A DNA stretch of 64,000 nt from the IMG/VR virus record IMGVR_UViG_3300046002_004036, positions 1 through 64,000 of that record; one strand, given 5' to 3'. The stretch is from a virus. The notes below the pieces were generated by a model. That model made no database searches. It had not been told where the DNA came from and saw only the letters and a list, made by a program, of their open reading frames with translations. A program made the position numbers and the translations under genes. Shown piece by piece: positions 35,552 to 46,420 of this stretch; position 1 is the stretch's first letter; each line of letters starts with the position of its first letter.

Positions 35552-36196
35552 TTATTTGTCAACTTCCGTATTAATAACATCATAGTTGTAGGCATTAGAG
35601 TCTTCAAGTATCCACTTATCGTAACTCTCAACATCCCATTTGTTTGTATTAATGAGTCTTTGTATTACTAGATCTTTCTTTGTTACAAATGATGGCTCCT
35701 TTAGCCTTACCCGATTATTTGGCTGTATTGCAAAATTTCCATCATCTCTTTGAATGACGTGACCACATTTATGCTGACCTGGATTTTCAGAATACCCATC
35801 ATCTAAAATGTTTGTTTCTGGGTTGTGCCAATCAAGTGTAAATAGGTATGTTCCAGGTACAGTTGTCTTAGATCTATCAAGATAGGACATTCTCATGTTA
35901 CTCAAGTTTTCAAACTTTGTAACTGAAACATATGGACTAAAAGAATTCCAAAGAACAAGATTATGAATTGGCTCTTCTGGTACTCCTGGCTTAGTGCAAA
36001 AAGCATTAATTGGCATTCTCCACCAGATACCACCGTCTTCCATTAAAAAATGAAATAAGGGACTTCTACTTTTAATACTTGATACACCAAATATAACGCA
36101 TGGAAAATATTGATCATGGCTATCTTCTTGGTCTCTTAAAAAATTACCACGGACGTAACACTCTATCGGTGGTATGTTTGCATTTAACTCAGGCAT
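35552..36196 (-). CDS. conserved phage hypothetical protein
   Basis: LNANIPP...YLFTLDW...QPNNR. Confidence 0.85.
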   Translation of the reverse strand: MPELNANIPPIECYVRGNFLRDQEDSHDQYFPCVIFGVSSIKSRSPLFHFLMEDGGIWWRMPINAFCTKPGVPEEPIHNLVLWNSFSPYVSVTKFENLSNMRMSYLDRSKTTVPGTYLFTLDWHNPETNILDDGYSENPGQHKCGHVIQRDDGNFAIQPNNRVRLKEPSFVTKKDLVIQRLINTNKWDVESYDKWILEDSNAYNYDVINTEVDK

Positions 36197-36786
36197 TATT
36201 TATCAACTCCTATTGCTTTGTCCCAGTTTTTAATAGCCCAATGACCAATACCGCAAGCATCTGCAACATCATTGTCTGTAATTGTTCTATCATAAATAGT
36301 ATTTATAAATTTAATTGTTCTTTGTTTTCGTAGTTCTCTTTCATGAGATTTATACCAAGAAACAGATTTGCCTGGATTTTGTGCACGGATCAAAAGCTGT
36401 TCTTCTTTAGAAATTTTTTTGTTTCCAATATAATTTTGCCATGTGATTGGGGACACCTTTCCAATAACTTTTGTTCCTGATTGACCTGCTGCTCCTAAAA
36501 TTGCCCCTTGAACTAAAGCAAGATCTGCAGCAGTCTTAGGACTGTTCATAAAAACAGTATGCTCAATTATAACTGCTTCAAATCCATTATAAAAGTCAAG
36601 AAATGCTTTTACTTTTTTACCAGCATCCATTACTTTTTCGTATGTGTTATTTCCCTCAAAGTTAATTTTTCCAATTGCTCCAAGATTATCTTTAGTGTAT
36701 AAGGCAAATGCAAGGCTGTTTGTGCTTGCATCAATTGCACATATTGTGTCTGGTTGTACTTGATACCCCCACTTATTCTTGCTCAT
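36196..36786 (-). CDS. RuvC-like Holliday junction resolvase
   Basis: AIDAS, IIE, DNDVADA acidic motifs. Confidence 0.8.
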   Translation of the reverse strand: MSKNKWGYQVQPDTICAIDASTNSLAFALYTKDNLGAIGKINFEGNNTYEKVMDAGKKVKAFLDFYNGFEAVIIEHTVFMNSPKTAADLALVQGAILGAAGQSGTKVIGKVSPITWQNYIGNKKISKEEQLLIRAQNPGKSVSWYKSHERELRKQRTIKFINTIYDRTITDNDVADACGIGHWAIKNWDKAIGVDK

Positions 36787-37063
36787 AATCAAAAAATCCT
36801 TTTATTTGTTTTAACATTTTATCAACTTCTTTTTTGCTTATATTACAATTAGAACAAAATCCAGAGTCGTTATAGATTGAAAGATCAACACCACAACCGC
36901 CCAAACATTTTCTAATTCTTCCAATTCTTTTTTGTCTGCGAGTAATCTGATAGCGTTCTGCTATTTTTTCTTTTGTAGCGTCGTCTCTACAAGATTCACT
37001 ACAGTAAATCTGATAAGAAACTTTTGGTGTGAAATATAAGTCACATCTGCTACAAAGTTTCAC
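36773..37063 (-). CDS. Cys-rich hypothetical protein
   Basis: CSRC..YCSESC..CLGGC..CSNC. Confidence 0.8.
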   Translation of the reverse strand: MKLCSRCDLYFTPKVSYQIYCSESCRDDATKEKIAERYQITRRQKRIGRIRKCLGGCGVDLSIYNDSGFCSNCNISKKEVDKMLKQIKGFFDYEQE

Positions 37064-37883
37064 TCAATTCCTCCAAAGAAGCTATCTTAATTATTCCATC
37101 GCCAGCTTCTGCACAAGCTGCTTTTACTGGACATGTCTTACAAATCTTAGAATTTCCACGATAGTTTTTAGTAGGAAGTGTTTGATCTTCCCAAGCTTTA
37201 CGAACTTCACGCATCCAATTAAATGCATAGTCAATCCATTGACGATAACCATCATTTACTTCTACAGGAATAATCATTAAGTCATGGTTATTTTTGTTTT
37301 CATAAACAAGTGCGCCCTTTGATTTTCCAAGTATCTTCATATAAATAAGTAATTGAATAAGGTGTGCACCTTTTGGTTTATTTGTTTTCTTTCGGTATTC
37401 AAATGCTTCACTCATCATTGTCTTAATTTCACCAACAATTTCTTCGCCTTCCCAATTAAACATTACGTCACCGTAACCAAAAATTGGTGGATCATTTGCA
37501 ATAACCTTAAACTCTGTTGTTTTTTCACCTTTATCATTAATATATGGAACTGCAACTCCAGAGGACAACATTGCTCCTTGAATTCTTTCATGCCCCATAG
37601 TTCCAGCACTCATGTTAGCAACGCCATAGGCATCTGTATAGTCATCAAACACATTACCATTAAATGCTAAGTACCAATAACGTGGACATTGCCCATGCTG
37701 GTATGCAATAGTAGATGGAGCAAATGTTTTCTTTGTTGTCATCTTTGGACCACGAGATACCGTGTATCCAGATCTAATCTTTGTAATCATGTCTTCAGCA
37801 TTAAAGATTATATTCTGCCTTGTGATGGCTTCTTTCTTATCTGCCTCTTTTAGCATAACCTGCTTTAGTAAACTTTTTGTCAT
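37050..37883 (-). CDS. Cas4-like PD-(D/E)XK exonuclease
   Basis: CPR, GD..GEIK, QLLIY, CKTCPVKAAC. Confidence 0.85.
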   Translation of the reverse strand: MTKSLLKQVMLKEADKKEAITRQNIIFNAEDMITKIRSGYTVSRGPKMTTKKTFAPSTIAYQHGQCPRYWYLAFNGNVFDDYTDAYGVANMSAGTMGHERIQGAMLSSGVAVPYINDKGEKTTEFKVIANDPPIFGYGDVMFNWEGEEIVGEIKTMMSEAFEYRKKTNKPKGAHLIQLLIYMKILGKSKGALVYENKNNHDLMIIPVEVNDGYRQWIDYAFNWMREVRKAWEDQTLPTKNYRGNSKICKTCPVKAACAEAGDGIIKIASLEELSETL

Positions 37884-37916
37884 TTTTATTCCCTTTGTTT
37901 ATATAAGTATAGCAGG

Positions 37917-38234
37917 TTAGCGCATTATATACTTGAGTGCTGACACCAAGCTATTAATAGATTCCGCTGCAGTATAGTAAATATTTTTCTTTGCTCTATC
38001 ATTCTTATCAACATTTGCCATCCAAGTTGCTTTAAAAGCCATCTTTGCTGCAATTGCTTGTAACCTTACGATCTCAATACTTGCTACTTGCGTTGGAATA
38101 TCTGGCTTAATAATTACCTTAGCAATAAATGTCAGAGCAGCAGTAAGCTCTTCATCTTGCATATAATCTGCAATTTCAGTCAAACCGTTTACCATCTCTA
38201 GTGTTGTTTTTGCTGGTTCAATTTGTTCAGCCAT
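37917..38234 (-). CDS. hypothetical protein
   Basis: coupled ORF. Confidence 0.8.
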   Translation of the reverse strand: MAEQIEPAKTTLEMVNGLTEIADYMQDEELTAALTFIAKVIIKPDIPTQVASIEIVRLQAIAAKMAFKATWMANVDKNDRAKKNIYYTAAESINSLVSALKYIMR

Positions 38235-38520
38235 TGTCTTGCCCTTCTGTTAGTTGTTCTAATAATTCTACTTCTATTACTGCTAAACGAACCTTTGAAT
38301 CTGCTTCCCCAAGTACAATAAAGATTGCTGGATCATTATGATTTTTGATTGCATCCGTTACTGCTTTTGCCCAGATATCTTTATTGATTGTTATACCCTT
38401 TGGATATTCCTTAAAGTCAACTGTAAAGTTTCTCCATGTAGCATCACCTTTATGTGTACCACGTCCAGAATTCTTGTGCTGTTTGGCACCAATTCTTTTT
38501 GACTCACTTCTTTCGCTCAT
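38227..38520 (-). CDS. small PD-(D/E)XK nuclease (Hjc-like)
   Basis: NSGRG..KGD...VDFKE. Confidence 0.7.
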   Translation of the reverse strand: MSERSESKRIGAKQHKNSGRGTHKGDATWRNFTVDFKEYPKGITINKDIWAKAVTDAIKNHNDPAIFIVLGEADSKVRLAVIEVELLEQLTEGQDNG

Positions 38521-38683
38521 AGTCCTTCTTTGTCATAATTAATGGAACTTTTGAAATATGTTTTTTACTGCACATCCAAGTTAGTTCTGCTGTTTGAATC
38601 CACAAACGCAAAGACTTTACGTCTTCTTTACATATTTGGCAATTAAAATCACCATTAAATATTTTAAATCTTTCTTCAGGCAT
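38504..38683 (-). CDS. small zinc-finger protein (59 aa)
   Basis: FNCQIC...WMCSKKH; absent from ORF track. Confidence 0.75.
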   Translation of the reverse strand: MPEERFKIFNGDFNCQICKEDVKSLRLWIQTAELTWMCSKKHISKVPLIMTKKDYERKK

Positions 38684-39689
38684 TCATTAGCTTATTTCTA
38701 AGAGATTCCTGAAGATCAAGATCTTCTTTTACACGGTTGATAAAACCTTCACGACCTTGTACCTTTGTTCCATCTTCAAGTTTATACCATGCTCCTGTGC
38801 GCTCTACAAGTCCCGCAAGTTCTGCGGTATCAACAAGATCTCCAATGCCATCAATACCAACATTATCACCACGAAAATAAAAGTCATACTCTCCAGACTG
38901 AAATCCAGGAGATGTCTTAGAGAATTGTAATTCCCATTTAATTTTGCGACCAATTTTTTCTTCAATAAGTTTATCTCCTACTTGAATCTTGCCCTTAATA
39001 GCTTGATTATCTGATTCAGAGGAAAATAACTTAATAACAACTGAGGAATAAAACTTAGTAGCCTGACCGCCAGAAGGCTGCTGACTAGTATACATAGCAC
39101 TAATATTATTACGAGACTGGCTAATAAGCACAAGCATAGTAGGCTTAACTTTATTATTAGCATAGTTAAGCATTTTCCATGCATTGCTAAAGTCTCTAGA
39201 TTCCGCTCCAATTTGTTTTGTATTTTCAAGTTGCTTAAGTTCATCTGTATCCTTTTCAAAATATATGGCAGGAAGCAAAGATGTAATACTATCTATAACA
39301 ATAATATCAACTCCTGCATTCATTAGATTTGTTCCTACATCTACCATTTCATTAATTGTTCTTGCTTGTGAGTAGATTAATTTTGTTGAGTCTACCCCAA
39401 GTTTATCAGCCCATGCTGAATCGTATGACATTTCTGCATCAATCCATGCACAAACCTTTCCTTCTGCTTGCGCTAGAGCAATCATCTGAAGGCACATAGA
39501 GGACTTTGCAGAAGACTTTGAGCCCCAAACCAGTACTTGTCTACCATAAGGAAGACCGCCCTTTAGAGCACGGTTTAAACCAAAACTAGGGGTTGCTGCA
39601 TATTCAACTTTTTGACCAGTAGCGTCTCCTAAACGCTTGCGAATGCGTGGATCTAATTGTGCTAATACTTCTTCCATTGTTACTGACAT
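38676..39689 (-). CDS. recA: RecA/UvsX-like recombinase
   Basis: GGLPYGR, GSKSSAKS, WIDAE, VIDS, SGG. Confidence 0.92.
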   Translation of the reverse strand: MSVTMEEVLAQLDPRIRKRLGDATGQKVEYAATPSFGLNRALKGGLPYGRQVLVWGSKSSAKSSMCLQMIALAQAEGKVCAWIDAEMSYDSAWADKLGVDSTKLIYSQARTINEMVDVGTNLMNAGVDIIVIDSITSLLPAIYFEKDTDELKQLENTKQIGAESRDFSNAWKMLNYANNKVKPTMLVLISQSRNNISAMYTSQQPSGGQATKFYSSVVIKLFSSESDNQAIKGKIQVGDKLIEEKIGRKIKWELQFSKTSPGFQSGEYDFYFRGDNVGIDGIGDLVDTAELAGLVERTGAWYKLEDGTKVQGREGFINRVKEDLDLQESLRNKLMNA

Positions 39690-40018
39690 TAAAATCGTAC
39701 CCCGTGTTTTTCTGGTCTAGTTTTATTGAAGTCTACTTTTTCTCTCAATGCTTGATCAAGTGATAATCTAGTATACCCTGCTTCTACTGCTCCTGCATAT
39801 AGATCTAGAGTACGTATAATAATATCTGCAAACTCTTTTGTTATTTCTTCTTCACCTTTATCTTTTCTAATTGCCTCCATAACTTCTGTTACTTCAGAAA
39901 CAATCATCATGCATTGCTTAGCAATAAAAATATCATCAACTTCTTCAGGCCAAAAACCTTTTTCAACTGCAACCTCATGCAAATTAATTGCTAGATTATC
40001 AAATAAATTATCATACAT
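39689..40018 (-). CDS. MazG-like NTP pyrophosphohydrolase
   Basis: SEVTEVMEAIRK...EFADIIIR. Confidence 0.85.
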   Translation of the reverse strand: MYDNLFDNLAINLHEVAVEKGFWPEEVDDIFIAKQCMMIVSEVTEVMEAIRKDKGEEEITKEFADIIIRTLDLYAGAVEAGYTRLSLDQALREKVDFNKTRPEKHGVRF

Positions 40019-43000
40019 TTACTACATCCTCCAATATAACGGTTCCATCTTTAGTCTTACCCAAAGAAACTTTATATACATTTCCTTCTTCAATAGTCAT
40101 ATATGCTTTAGAAAATACTGTTGGAAATACAAGAATTGAATGAAGTTCTCTTGCTGCATCTGCTACAACAAGATTAGCCATTTTTTTACCAGCCTTGGTC
40201 ATTCTTGGTTTGAATGAAACTACAAATTGTTCTTCACCTTTATACGGTAATTGTTTATAATTTAAAAACTTTACTAATGCATCTTTTGATTCTTTAATGC
40301 TATCAGCTGGTATAGCATTTACAATTCTGTTATCACTGACAAGAATTAAATATGTTCTACCAGTTTCAATTAATGTATTTTCATCATCAAAAATTCCTAC
40401 ACTTCCAGTTTTATCAAGAAACTCAACTCTTGACCAACCCTTACCACGTTTAATTGATTTGATCATACCAAGCATAACAAAAGATCCAGTCTCTTCATAT
40501 TCTTCTGCTTCCTGAATATAAGCATAGTAATGTTGAGGCACCGTCATATTAAACTCAGGTAGGTTTAAGTATTCGTATAAATTTTCTTTGATTTCTTGAT
40601 CATTGCGTTCACTGTCAGCAAACGTTGCTGCACCAATTACTCTTAGTGCTTGTAATGCACGAGAGTTTACTCCGTTACCTTTTGTGAATGTAAACTCTTC
40701 AAGTTCTTTGTATGAACTAAATGGTCGTGCTGCAATATATCTTTCTGCAATTTTATCAGAAATAAACTTGATAGAACTGAGTCCAAACCTAATGCCTTTA
40801 CCTTCAATCTTAAAATCCATATCCGAATCGTTAATGTGAGGTAGCTTAACACTAATGCCCATTCTTTTTGCTTCAATAAGATATTCAGTTCTTGCATCTT
40901 TATCCTTTTCATTCTTTAATAGTGAATACATAAACTCAAGTGGATAATGATATTTTAGCCAAGCTGTCCAGTATGACAGTGTTGAGTATGCTACTGCGTG
41001 TGACTTATTAAATGAATACCCTGCGTGGGCCTCAAAGTCATGCCATAAATCTAGTGCTTGATTTGGAGAAATGTATTGCGAAGCACCTTTAACAAACTGG
41101 TCTTTAAAAACATCAAATTCTTTAGCATCTTTTTTCTTACCAATAATCTTTCTAACTTTGTCTGCTTCAGACATTGACATACCACCAAGTTGTACACATG
41201 CTTGCATAACTTGTTCCTGATAAAGAATACATCCATATGTTTCTTCTGTAAATGACTTTAAGATCTGATGCTTATAGTCTGGGTTTTGACGACCATGCTT
41301 GATAGCAATATAATCTTTGCCAATAGTATTCATAGCACCTGGGCGAACCAAAGCGTTTGATGCAGATAATTCTTCAAGATTCTTTACACGCATTTTAACT
41401 AAAAGGTTTGTGTATGGTGCTGCTTCACACTGAAACACACCTTTTGTATATCCATCAGAAAGCATAGTATATACATTAGCATCTTCCATATCAATCTTTA
41501 ATGGATCAATTTTTGTTCCTTCACGCTCTTTAATAATATCAATACAATCTTTGAGTACCGTTAAAGTTTTAAGACCTAAAGCGTCAATCTTAATTAGGCC
41601 AATGTTTTCAGCCTCTCCCATATCTACAGCAACAACAGGAATGCGGTCATCGCTGCCAGCAACAGAACGTGTTTCCATTGGGGCATACCTAAATATAGGG
41701 TCCTTACTAGTAACAACACCTGCAGCGTGAATACCAGTGCCCTTAATTCTTCCACGTAATTGTTCACCATACACCTCTACTTCTGGATATTTATCTCTAA
41801 ACCATTGTGCACTTTTTGACATGCAGTATTCATCCCAAGTATCAATTTGCTTATTTACTTTATTTGCATCAGCGAGTGGGATATTTAAAACACGAGAAAC
41901 ATCTTTAACAATATTTTTATCTTTAAACTGCATGAATGTAGCAATAGATGCAACATGTCGGTATTGACGAACAAGATAATCTTTTACTTCATCACGGCGA
42001 TTATCCTGAATATCTGAATCAATATCTGGAAAGTCATTACGGTCAGGGTTAATGAAGCGGAAGAACAAAAGACCGTGCTTAATTGGATCAATGTCTGTAA
42101 TACCTAAAGCATAACAAAGCAAAGATCCTGCTGCAGAACCACGACCTGGGCCAACCATAATGCCTTCTTTTTTTGCCCAGTTAAGCATGTTACGGACAAC
42201 TAGAAAGTAAGGACCAAAATTCTTTTCACCAATAATTTTTAATTCTTCATCAAGACGATCAAGATATTCTTTATTATTTTCTAGACCACGTTGAGATAAA
42301 CCTTCAATAGCAAAAGTTTTTAATTCCTGCATTGGTTTTTTATATTGAACTGGAAGTAAATCAAGTCCCGACTTAATATCATATTCTTCAATTTTGTCTG
42401 CAATCTCTAAAGAACTTGTAAACATTTCTTCATCTGTATGACCTTGCTCTGCCATAGCAGATTTCATTTCTTCATAAGACAAAAGGTGAATGTCAAAAGT
42501 TCTAAATGACATTTTACGATCTTCGCCATATAAATAATCTAGACGCTCCATCATGTTGTTAATTTTCTTTGACTTGTCAAATGTTGATTCTTTTAATACT
42601 TTGCCATGCGTATTAAGCAGAAGCATCATTTCTTGAATTTCTTTTTGACTTGTATCTGCATGGTGACAATCGGGGGTAACTACTACTTTTACATTAAATG
42701 CTTTGGCAAGTGCTACAAGTTCATCATTAATATTCTTTGGATTATGAGGCATCAATTCAATATAAAAGTCATCTTTAAAACGATTCTTAAACCATTGAAC
42801 CTTTTCTTTTGCAAATGCATACTCTTCATTCTCAATAGCTTTTGCAATAAGTCCACCCTGACATGCAGACAATACAATTAATCCATCTCCGTATTGATCT
42901 AATACTTCAAAATCAATTCTTGGTTTTCTATAAAAACCATCTGTCCATGCAATTTCATTTAGTTTATTAAGGTTTTCTAATCCTTGTTGATTCTTAGCAA

Positions 43001-43286
43001 GAAGGACTATATGGAAAAAATTAACATCAAGTGGACCTACCCTTTCGGACTTATCCCTTTTATCATGTCTATCTAATGCCAAATAGCCTTCTATGCCAAG
43101 AATTGGCTTGATGCCCTTTGCTTTTGCAATTCGGTACAGTTCCCGATGCCCAGATAAGGTTCCGTGATCTGTGATAGCCAATGCTGGCATACCAAGTTCA
43201 ACTGCTCGGTCAATATATTCTTCTGGAGTAGCAACACCATCCATTAAGGAATAGTGTGTATGGACATGCAAGCCTACATAATTCAC
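40011..43286 (-). CDS. dnaE: DNA polymerase III alpha subunit
   Basis: HVHTHYSLMDG PHP domain, GRGSAAGS, PDIDSD, FNKSH; no intein visible. Confidence 0.97.
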   Translation of the reverse strand: MNYVGLHVHTHYSLMDGVATPEEYIDRAVELGMPALAITDHGTLSGHRELYRIAKAKGIKPILGIEGYLALDRHDKRDKSERVGPLDVNFFHIVLLAKNQQGLENLNKLNEIAWTDGFYRKPRIDFEVLDQYGDGLIVLSACQGGLIAKAIENEEYAFAKEKVQWFKNRFKDDFYIELMPHNPKNINDELVALAKAFNVKVVVTPDCHHADTSQKEIQEMMLLLNTHGKVLKESTFDKSKKINNMMERLDYLYGEDRKMSFRTFDIHLLSYEEMKSAMAEQGHTDEEMFTSSLEIADKIEEYDIKSGLDLLPVQYKKPMQELKTFAIEGLSQRGLENNKEYLDRLDEELKIIGEKNFGPYFLVVRNMLNWAKKEGIMVGPGRGSAAGSLLCYALGITDIDPIKHGLLFFRFINPDRNDFPDIDSDIQDNRRDEVKDYLVRQYRHVASIATFMQFKDKNIVKDVSRVLNIPLADANKVNKQIDTWDEYCMSKSAQWFRDKYPEVEVYGEQLRGRIKGTGIHAAGVVTSKDPIFRYAPMETRSVAGSDDRIPVVAVDMGEAENIGLIKIDALGLKTLTVLKDCIDIIKEREGTKIDPLKIDMEDANVYTMLSDGYTKGVFQCEAAPYTNLLVKMRVKNLEELSASNALVRPGAMNTIGKDYIAIKHGRQNPDYKHQILKSFTEETYGCILYQEQVMQACVQLGGMSMSEADKVRKIIGKKKDAKEFDVFKDQFVKGASQYISPNQALDLWHDFEAHAGYSFNKSHAVAYSTLSYWTAWLKYHYPLEFMYSLLKNEKDKDARTEYLIEAKRMGISVKLPHINDSDMDFKIEGKGIRFGLSSIKFISDKIAERYIAARPFSSYKELEEFTFTKGNGVNSRALQALRVIGAATFADSERNDQEIKENLYEYLNLPEFNMTVPQHYYAYIQEAEEYEETGSFVMLGMIKSIKRGKGWSRVEFLDKTGSVGIFDDENTLIETGRTYLILVSDNRIVNAIPADSIKESKDALVKFLNYKQLPYKGEEQFVVSFKPRMTKAGKKMANLVVADAARELHSILVFPTVFSKAYMTIEEGNVYKVSLGKTKDGTVILEDVVNV

Positions 43287-43294
43287 CTAGTGTA

Positions 43295-43948
43295 TTACCA
43301 GTCCATGTTTGTGGATGTAGTACCTGGTGTATCAAAGCCTAGATAAAAGGCTTCTTGTTCAGCATAAGGAATTTTGTTGAGTGCCTTTTCTAGTGGAAAT
43401 GGCTCTGTTGCTGCCCAATCAAATGGTTCCTTATCTGGACCACCTGGAATAAGTGTGTACGATGTTTCAGTTCCCTGACCATTGCGCTTTACTTTCCAAG
43501 TAAGATTTGAAATACTGCCTGTCTCCAGTGCGTATTCACGAATAGTGTTAAATGCAGATTGCTTGCTAACACCCATTGACCAAATAGCCACATATGGTGC
43601 TTCAATACCGTCATCTACAAGTACGTTGCAATAAAAACGAAGACGTGCTCTCCAGCCTGCCTTCATGTCCTTGCGGTGCATCTCTTCTGCCCAGTCACGA
43701 CCTTCTGTGTCCATTGTATCTACAGCCTTACGCTTATAGTCTTTTGGATTTGTGTGTTCTGAAACAACAAGTGCGAGACCACGAGCCTCATTGTAATTTG
43801 CTGAATCTTCATCAAGTTCTTCAATGAAGCGAATTTTTACTGCTTGTCCGTCAGCCAACTTAAGCCAACGAACTTTTGTTCCTGTACCTTCATACTTGGG
43901 CTTGTCTACCAATGCGTTGATATTTTTTAGTCCCTTTACAATAGCCAT
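43295..43948 (-). CDS. single-stranded DNA-binding protein (gp32-like)
   Basis: KIRF...KRNGQGTETSY; lies between primase and polymerase. Confidence 0.7.
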   Translation of the reverse strand: MAIVKGLKNINALVDKPKYEGTGTKVRWLKLADGQAVKIRFIEELDEDSANYNEARGLALVVSEHTNPKDYKRKAVDTMDTEGRDWAEEMHRKDMKAGWRARLRFYCNVLVDDGIEAPYVAIWSMGVSKQSAFNTIREYALETGSISNLTWKVKRNGQGTETSYTLIPGGPDKEPFDWAATEPFPLEKALNKIPYAEQEAFYLGFDTPGTTSTNMDW

Positions 43949-43979
43949 ATTATTTTTCTCCTATGTGTTTTGTTATGTT

Positions 43980-44906
43980 TTATTTTAGCATAGAGATGAT
44001 TGAATTGTCAAACTGGAATTCCAATTTTTTAATTGCATCATCATCCATATCGCCGATATCTTTATATTTTTTATCTAACTGTATTACTGTAACAAGGTGA
44101 CCTAGTTTTTCAACTAGTTTATCTTTCATGATAGAGCCAGCCTCATCATTATCTGCAACCAGTACAACATTATTGAAGTACTTTGCTAATAACTTAATCT
44201 GCGAAGCAGACACATTAGCACCCAGCGTTGCAACTGCTGGGAAACCTACTTGATCTAGTCTTATAGCATCAAATGATGATTCAACTACATAGACTGTTGT
44301 TGATGTTTTAACCTTGTGCAAGTTAAACAAAATTTTACTTTTTGGTAGTCCAGGAGTATTTTTAAAATCTTTACCCTCAACTGTTCTAGCAACAAAACCA
44401 ATACACATTCCATCAGGTGTTGCCATTGGAATAATTACTGAATCTTGCTTTTCAGAAAATCCTAGATTAAATTTTACCACAGAATCTTTTGTAATGCTGC
44501 GACCTTCAAAATATCTCATTGCTCTTGGTGACTCAAGCGCTTGATTATTTAATCTTTTAATTAATACTTCGTCATACTGAACAAAATCAGCGGGTGCGTA
44601 TAAAGCTTTATCAATTATTGATGAAAGGTTTGACTCTTGTTCTTTGCTTTTAATATATCTTGCTGCTTCAAAGTATGTTCTGTTTGACATAAACATAATT
44701 AACTCTGTTAAATTCTTAGTCACTTGACAGCCAAAACAAAAAAACAAACCAGACTCTTTGGATACTTCTCCTGCAGGTGTTCTGTTGTTATTGTGATAAG
44801 GACAGAATATAATAAAGTCAGATCCAAACTCTGCTTCAATATCAATTCCTGCCCCGTTAAGAACACGGCGGATTTGATCCTCTGTGTATATATCGTTACT
44901 TGCCAT
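43980..44906 (-). CDS. dnaG: DNA primase (CHC2 zinc finger + Toprim)
   Basis: CPYH..CFGC, VVESSFD, DND. Confidence 0.9.
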   Translation of the reverse strand: MASNDIYTEDQIRRVLNGAGIDIEAEFGSDFIIFCPYHNNNRTPAGEVSKESGLFFCFGCQVTKNLTELIMFMSNRTYFEAARYIKSKEQESNLSSIIDKALYAPADFVQYDEVLIKRLNNQALESPRAMRYFEGRSITKDSVVKFNLGFSEKQDSVIIPMATPDGMCIGFVARTVEGKDFKNTPGLPKSKILFNLHKVKTSTTVYVVESSFDAIRLDQVGFPAVATLGANVSASQIKLLAKYFNNVVLVADNDEAGSIMKDKLVEKLGHLVTVIQLDKKYKDIGDMDDDAIKKLEFQFDNSIISMLK

Positions 44907-46119
44907 CTTCAAAATCCTTATAACGATAATAACCTTTGTCAAAGTCACACTGAACCAGAAAGTCTCCCATAAAACCATTACGGTTCTTTCTGAAAGCACA
45001 TTCAATAATGTCGCTATTAGTTGCACGACCCATTGCTAAAACCCAGTCAGCATCATATGCAATCTGCCTAGACCATGCAGTCTGTGCAAGTGTTGGAACT
45101 GTAGATAGATCTTTTACATCGTCTGGTGTAGCAGATGAAATAGCAATAATAGGTACTTCTTCACCAATAGCCATTAGTTTAAGTTCTCGTGAAAGGTTTT
45201 TCATCTTTACCGTTTCATTATCAGCTTTTTGATTTGGATTCATTAGCTGGAGATAATCTACTACAACAAAATCAGGCTTGTATTGATCTAGTTTTCCACG
45301 AATAATAGATGGTGTTACTTCACCACCTGAGTCATTTGAGATAATATGAAATGGTGGACGACCTTCAATTTTATCTGCATGCCATTTTTTCATCATATCA
45401 AGTTCTACTTCACCGTTTGACAACTTGCGATGAGACCAAAGACCTTCACCCATAATTGTAAATGCACGATTACGTACTTCTGTTTCACTCATTTCAAGTG
45501 AGATTACAAGGGGTGTCTTACCCTGCTTCCAGGCCTGTACAGCAAAGTAGAGAGCCATCCAAGACTTTCCTATGCCTGGGTATGCTAAGAAGACTCCTAG
45601 TTGACCTGGCATAATTCCAGAAGGTAGATAATTATCAAACCCTGGCAAACCTGTTTTGATTCCTCTATGACCTAGACGATGCTGCTCTTTAACTTGTTCA
45701 AAGTATGCAATTGCAGAATCAATATCTGTTGCATCAATATCTCTAATTGCTGCTGTATTCTTTTTTAACTGTGATGTTTTTGTAATTAATTCTTCAAGGG
45801 CTTGGCCTCCTTGCCCATTTTGTACTTCTCCTGCTGCAGATCGTAAAATATCTTTAAGGCTATCATTTAAATATTCTGATTGTAATTCTTCAAGGTGATG
45901 CTTTGTTGCACCTATACCCTGGACTGGTTGAAAGTCTCTAAACTTTTCAACTACCAAAGATGTTGGTGGAACAGTGCCATTATTTTCTGCATACAATCTA
46001 ATAAAATTCCACACGTCATTATGTGTGCGAAGCAATGTTTCTACATTTGCCTGTAGCAAAACGTGAAGTTGTTTATCTGCTAGGACTGCGGAGATTACTT
46101 TTGCTTCTGTATTATTCAC
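44896..46119 (-). CDS. dnaB: replicative helicase
   Basis: AYPGIGKS, SLEMS, VDYLQLM, KNRNG. Confidence 0.95.
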   Translation of the reverse strand: MNNTEAKVISAVLADKQLHVLLQANVETLLRTHNDVWNFIRLYAENNGTVPPTSLVVEKFRDFQPVQGIGATKHHLEELQSEYLNDSLKDILRSAAGEVQNGQGGQALEELITKTSQLKKNTAAIRDIDATDIDSAIAYFEQVKEQHRLGHRGIKTGLPGFDNYLPSGIMPGQLGVFLAYPGIGKSWMALYFAVQAWKQGKTPLVISLEMSETEVRNRAFTIMGEGLWSHRKLSNGEVELDMMKKWHADKIEGRPPFHIISNDSGGEVTPSIIRGKLDQYKPDFVVVDYLQLMNPNQKADNETVKMKNLSRELKLMAIGEEVPIIAISSATPDDVKDLSTVPTLAQTAWSRQIAYDADWVLAMGRATNSDIIECAFRKNRNGFMGDFLVQCDFDKGYYRYKDFEDGK

Positions 46120-46420
46120 TCAGCCACTCCTTTGCTTTTTTTCTTAGTTCTGCTCTTTGTTTAATATCTTGTTGTACTTCTAGTTTACCATTAAGAATTT
46201 TTTCTGCATTATATGCAAAGTAATTCCATGTAGGATCTTGTGCAATCTTAAAGTAATACTCTAATAAATCATAGCATTCAGAGATACCATAGGATTCAAT
46301 GAGACCATCTGCTGCCCACTGTTCAACATTTAAATTAATATTAGACTTACGCTCATACCTTTGGGTATAAAATTTGTTATAGCGACTGAGCAAAGCCATT
46401 CTGTCTTTGCGTTCAGCCAT
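46112..46420 (-). CDS. hypothetical protein (possible helicase loader)
   Basis: coupled upstream of dnaB. Confidence 0.75.
   Translation of the reverse strand: MAERKDRMALLSRYNKFYTQRYERKSNINLNVEQWAADGLIESYGISECYDLLEYYFKIAQDPTWNYFAYNAEKILNGKLEVQQDIKQRAELRKKAKEWLSE

Noticed and set aside
37050-37883. Cas4-like gene as a sign of CRISPR-Cas
   Set aside because: No array or other cas genes; solo Cas4-like nucleases are routine in phage recombination modules.
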